From assembly GCF_036321535.1 (NCBI RefSeq), contig NC_087437.1, positions 21,206,001 through 21,270,000 on the forward strand: 64,000 nt of DNA, written 5' to 3'. The stretch comes from Camelus dromedarius. Its lineage: Eukaryota. Made by a program: the position numbers and the translations under genes. Below the pieces are notes generated by a model. The model saw only the letters and a program-made list of their open reading frames with translations, was not told the origin of the DNA and ran no database searches. Below are positions 63,826 through 64,000 of this stretch, one piece after another; position 1 is the first letter of the stretch; each line of letters starts with the position of its first letter.

Positions 63826-64000
63826 TACTGTGAAACTAGATGATCCAGCTTGTTAAGATAATTAAATGTATTCTTTTTAACAGGATTAAATCCATGTAAT
63901 ACTCCTGGGAGTATCTTCACAACACCTAGATTGATAGAAAAATCTGTTTCCAGTGTAAAGGCAAGAGAAGTTTCAGTGCCTTCTCCCTTAGGACCAGTCC

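Larger units (their letters stand above)
34670..64000 (+). other. ATP1B3: ATP1B3 transcription unit, 5' portion (3' exons outside the window)
   Basis: Four exons splice to an open 177-codon frame; introns of 18263, 3388 and 5454 nt. The start is approximate, placed downstream of the CCAAT/GC/CRE cluster; no upstream ATG in the inferred 5' UTR. Confidence 0.9.

Noticed and set aside
63884..63960. Possible ATP1B3 exon 5 after TTCTTTTTAACAG
   Set aside because: In the required phase it reads GAT TAA (stop) and does not resemble the expected IIGLKP-like continuation. A cryptic exon ending at AAG|GCAAG cannot be supported without RNA data.
1..64000. A novel multi-gene system, CRISPR array or prokaryotic operon
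   Set aside because: The sequence is ordinary mammalian intergenic and intronic DNA; there is no repeat-spacer array, no long ORF and no compositionally foreign insert.

Overview
Mammalian genomic DNA, most likely camelid: nine copies of a tRNA-Ala-derived SINE look like the camelid Vic-1 family, which is an inference from memory. The only gene I can support is ATP1B3 (Na+/K+-ATPase beta-3 subunit, CD298) on the + strand. It has a CpG-island promoter at ~34.1-35.6 kb and coding exons 1-4 (34832-34940, 53204-53332, 56721-56828, 62283-62467; 531 nt = 177 codons, all GT-AG). The remaining exons lie beyond the window. The first ~34 kb and the introns are mostly interspersed repeats (SINEs, MIR, L1, L2, MaLR/ERVL LTRs, hAT and Tigger MITEs) plus simple repeats. 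Apart from two that overlap exons 2 and 4, the listed ORFs look spurious. I found no evidence for a novel multi-gene system. The best leads are modest: inverted SINEs bracketing the frame-symmetric exon 3, an antisense SINE with splice signals, a dimeric SINE lacking an anticodon arm, MER53 hairpins, a perfect 47-bp duplication tied to a CA repeat, a strong intronic CTCF motif, and nested transposon stacks. Repeat family names and boundaries were assigned by eye from remembered consensus sequences and are approximate.
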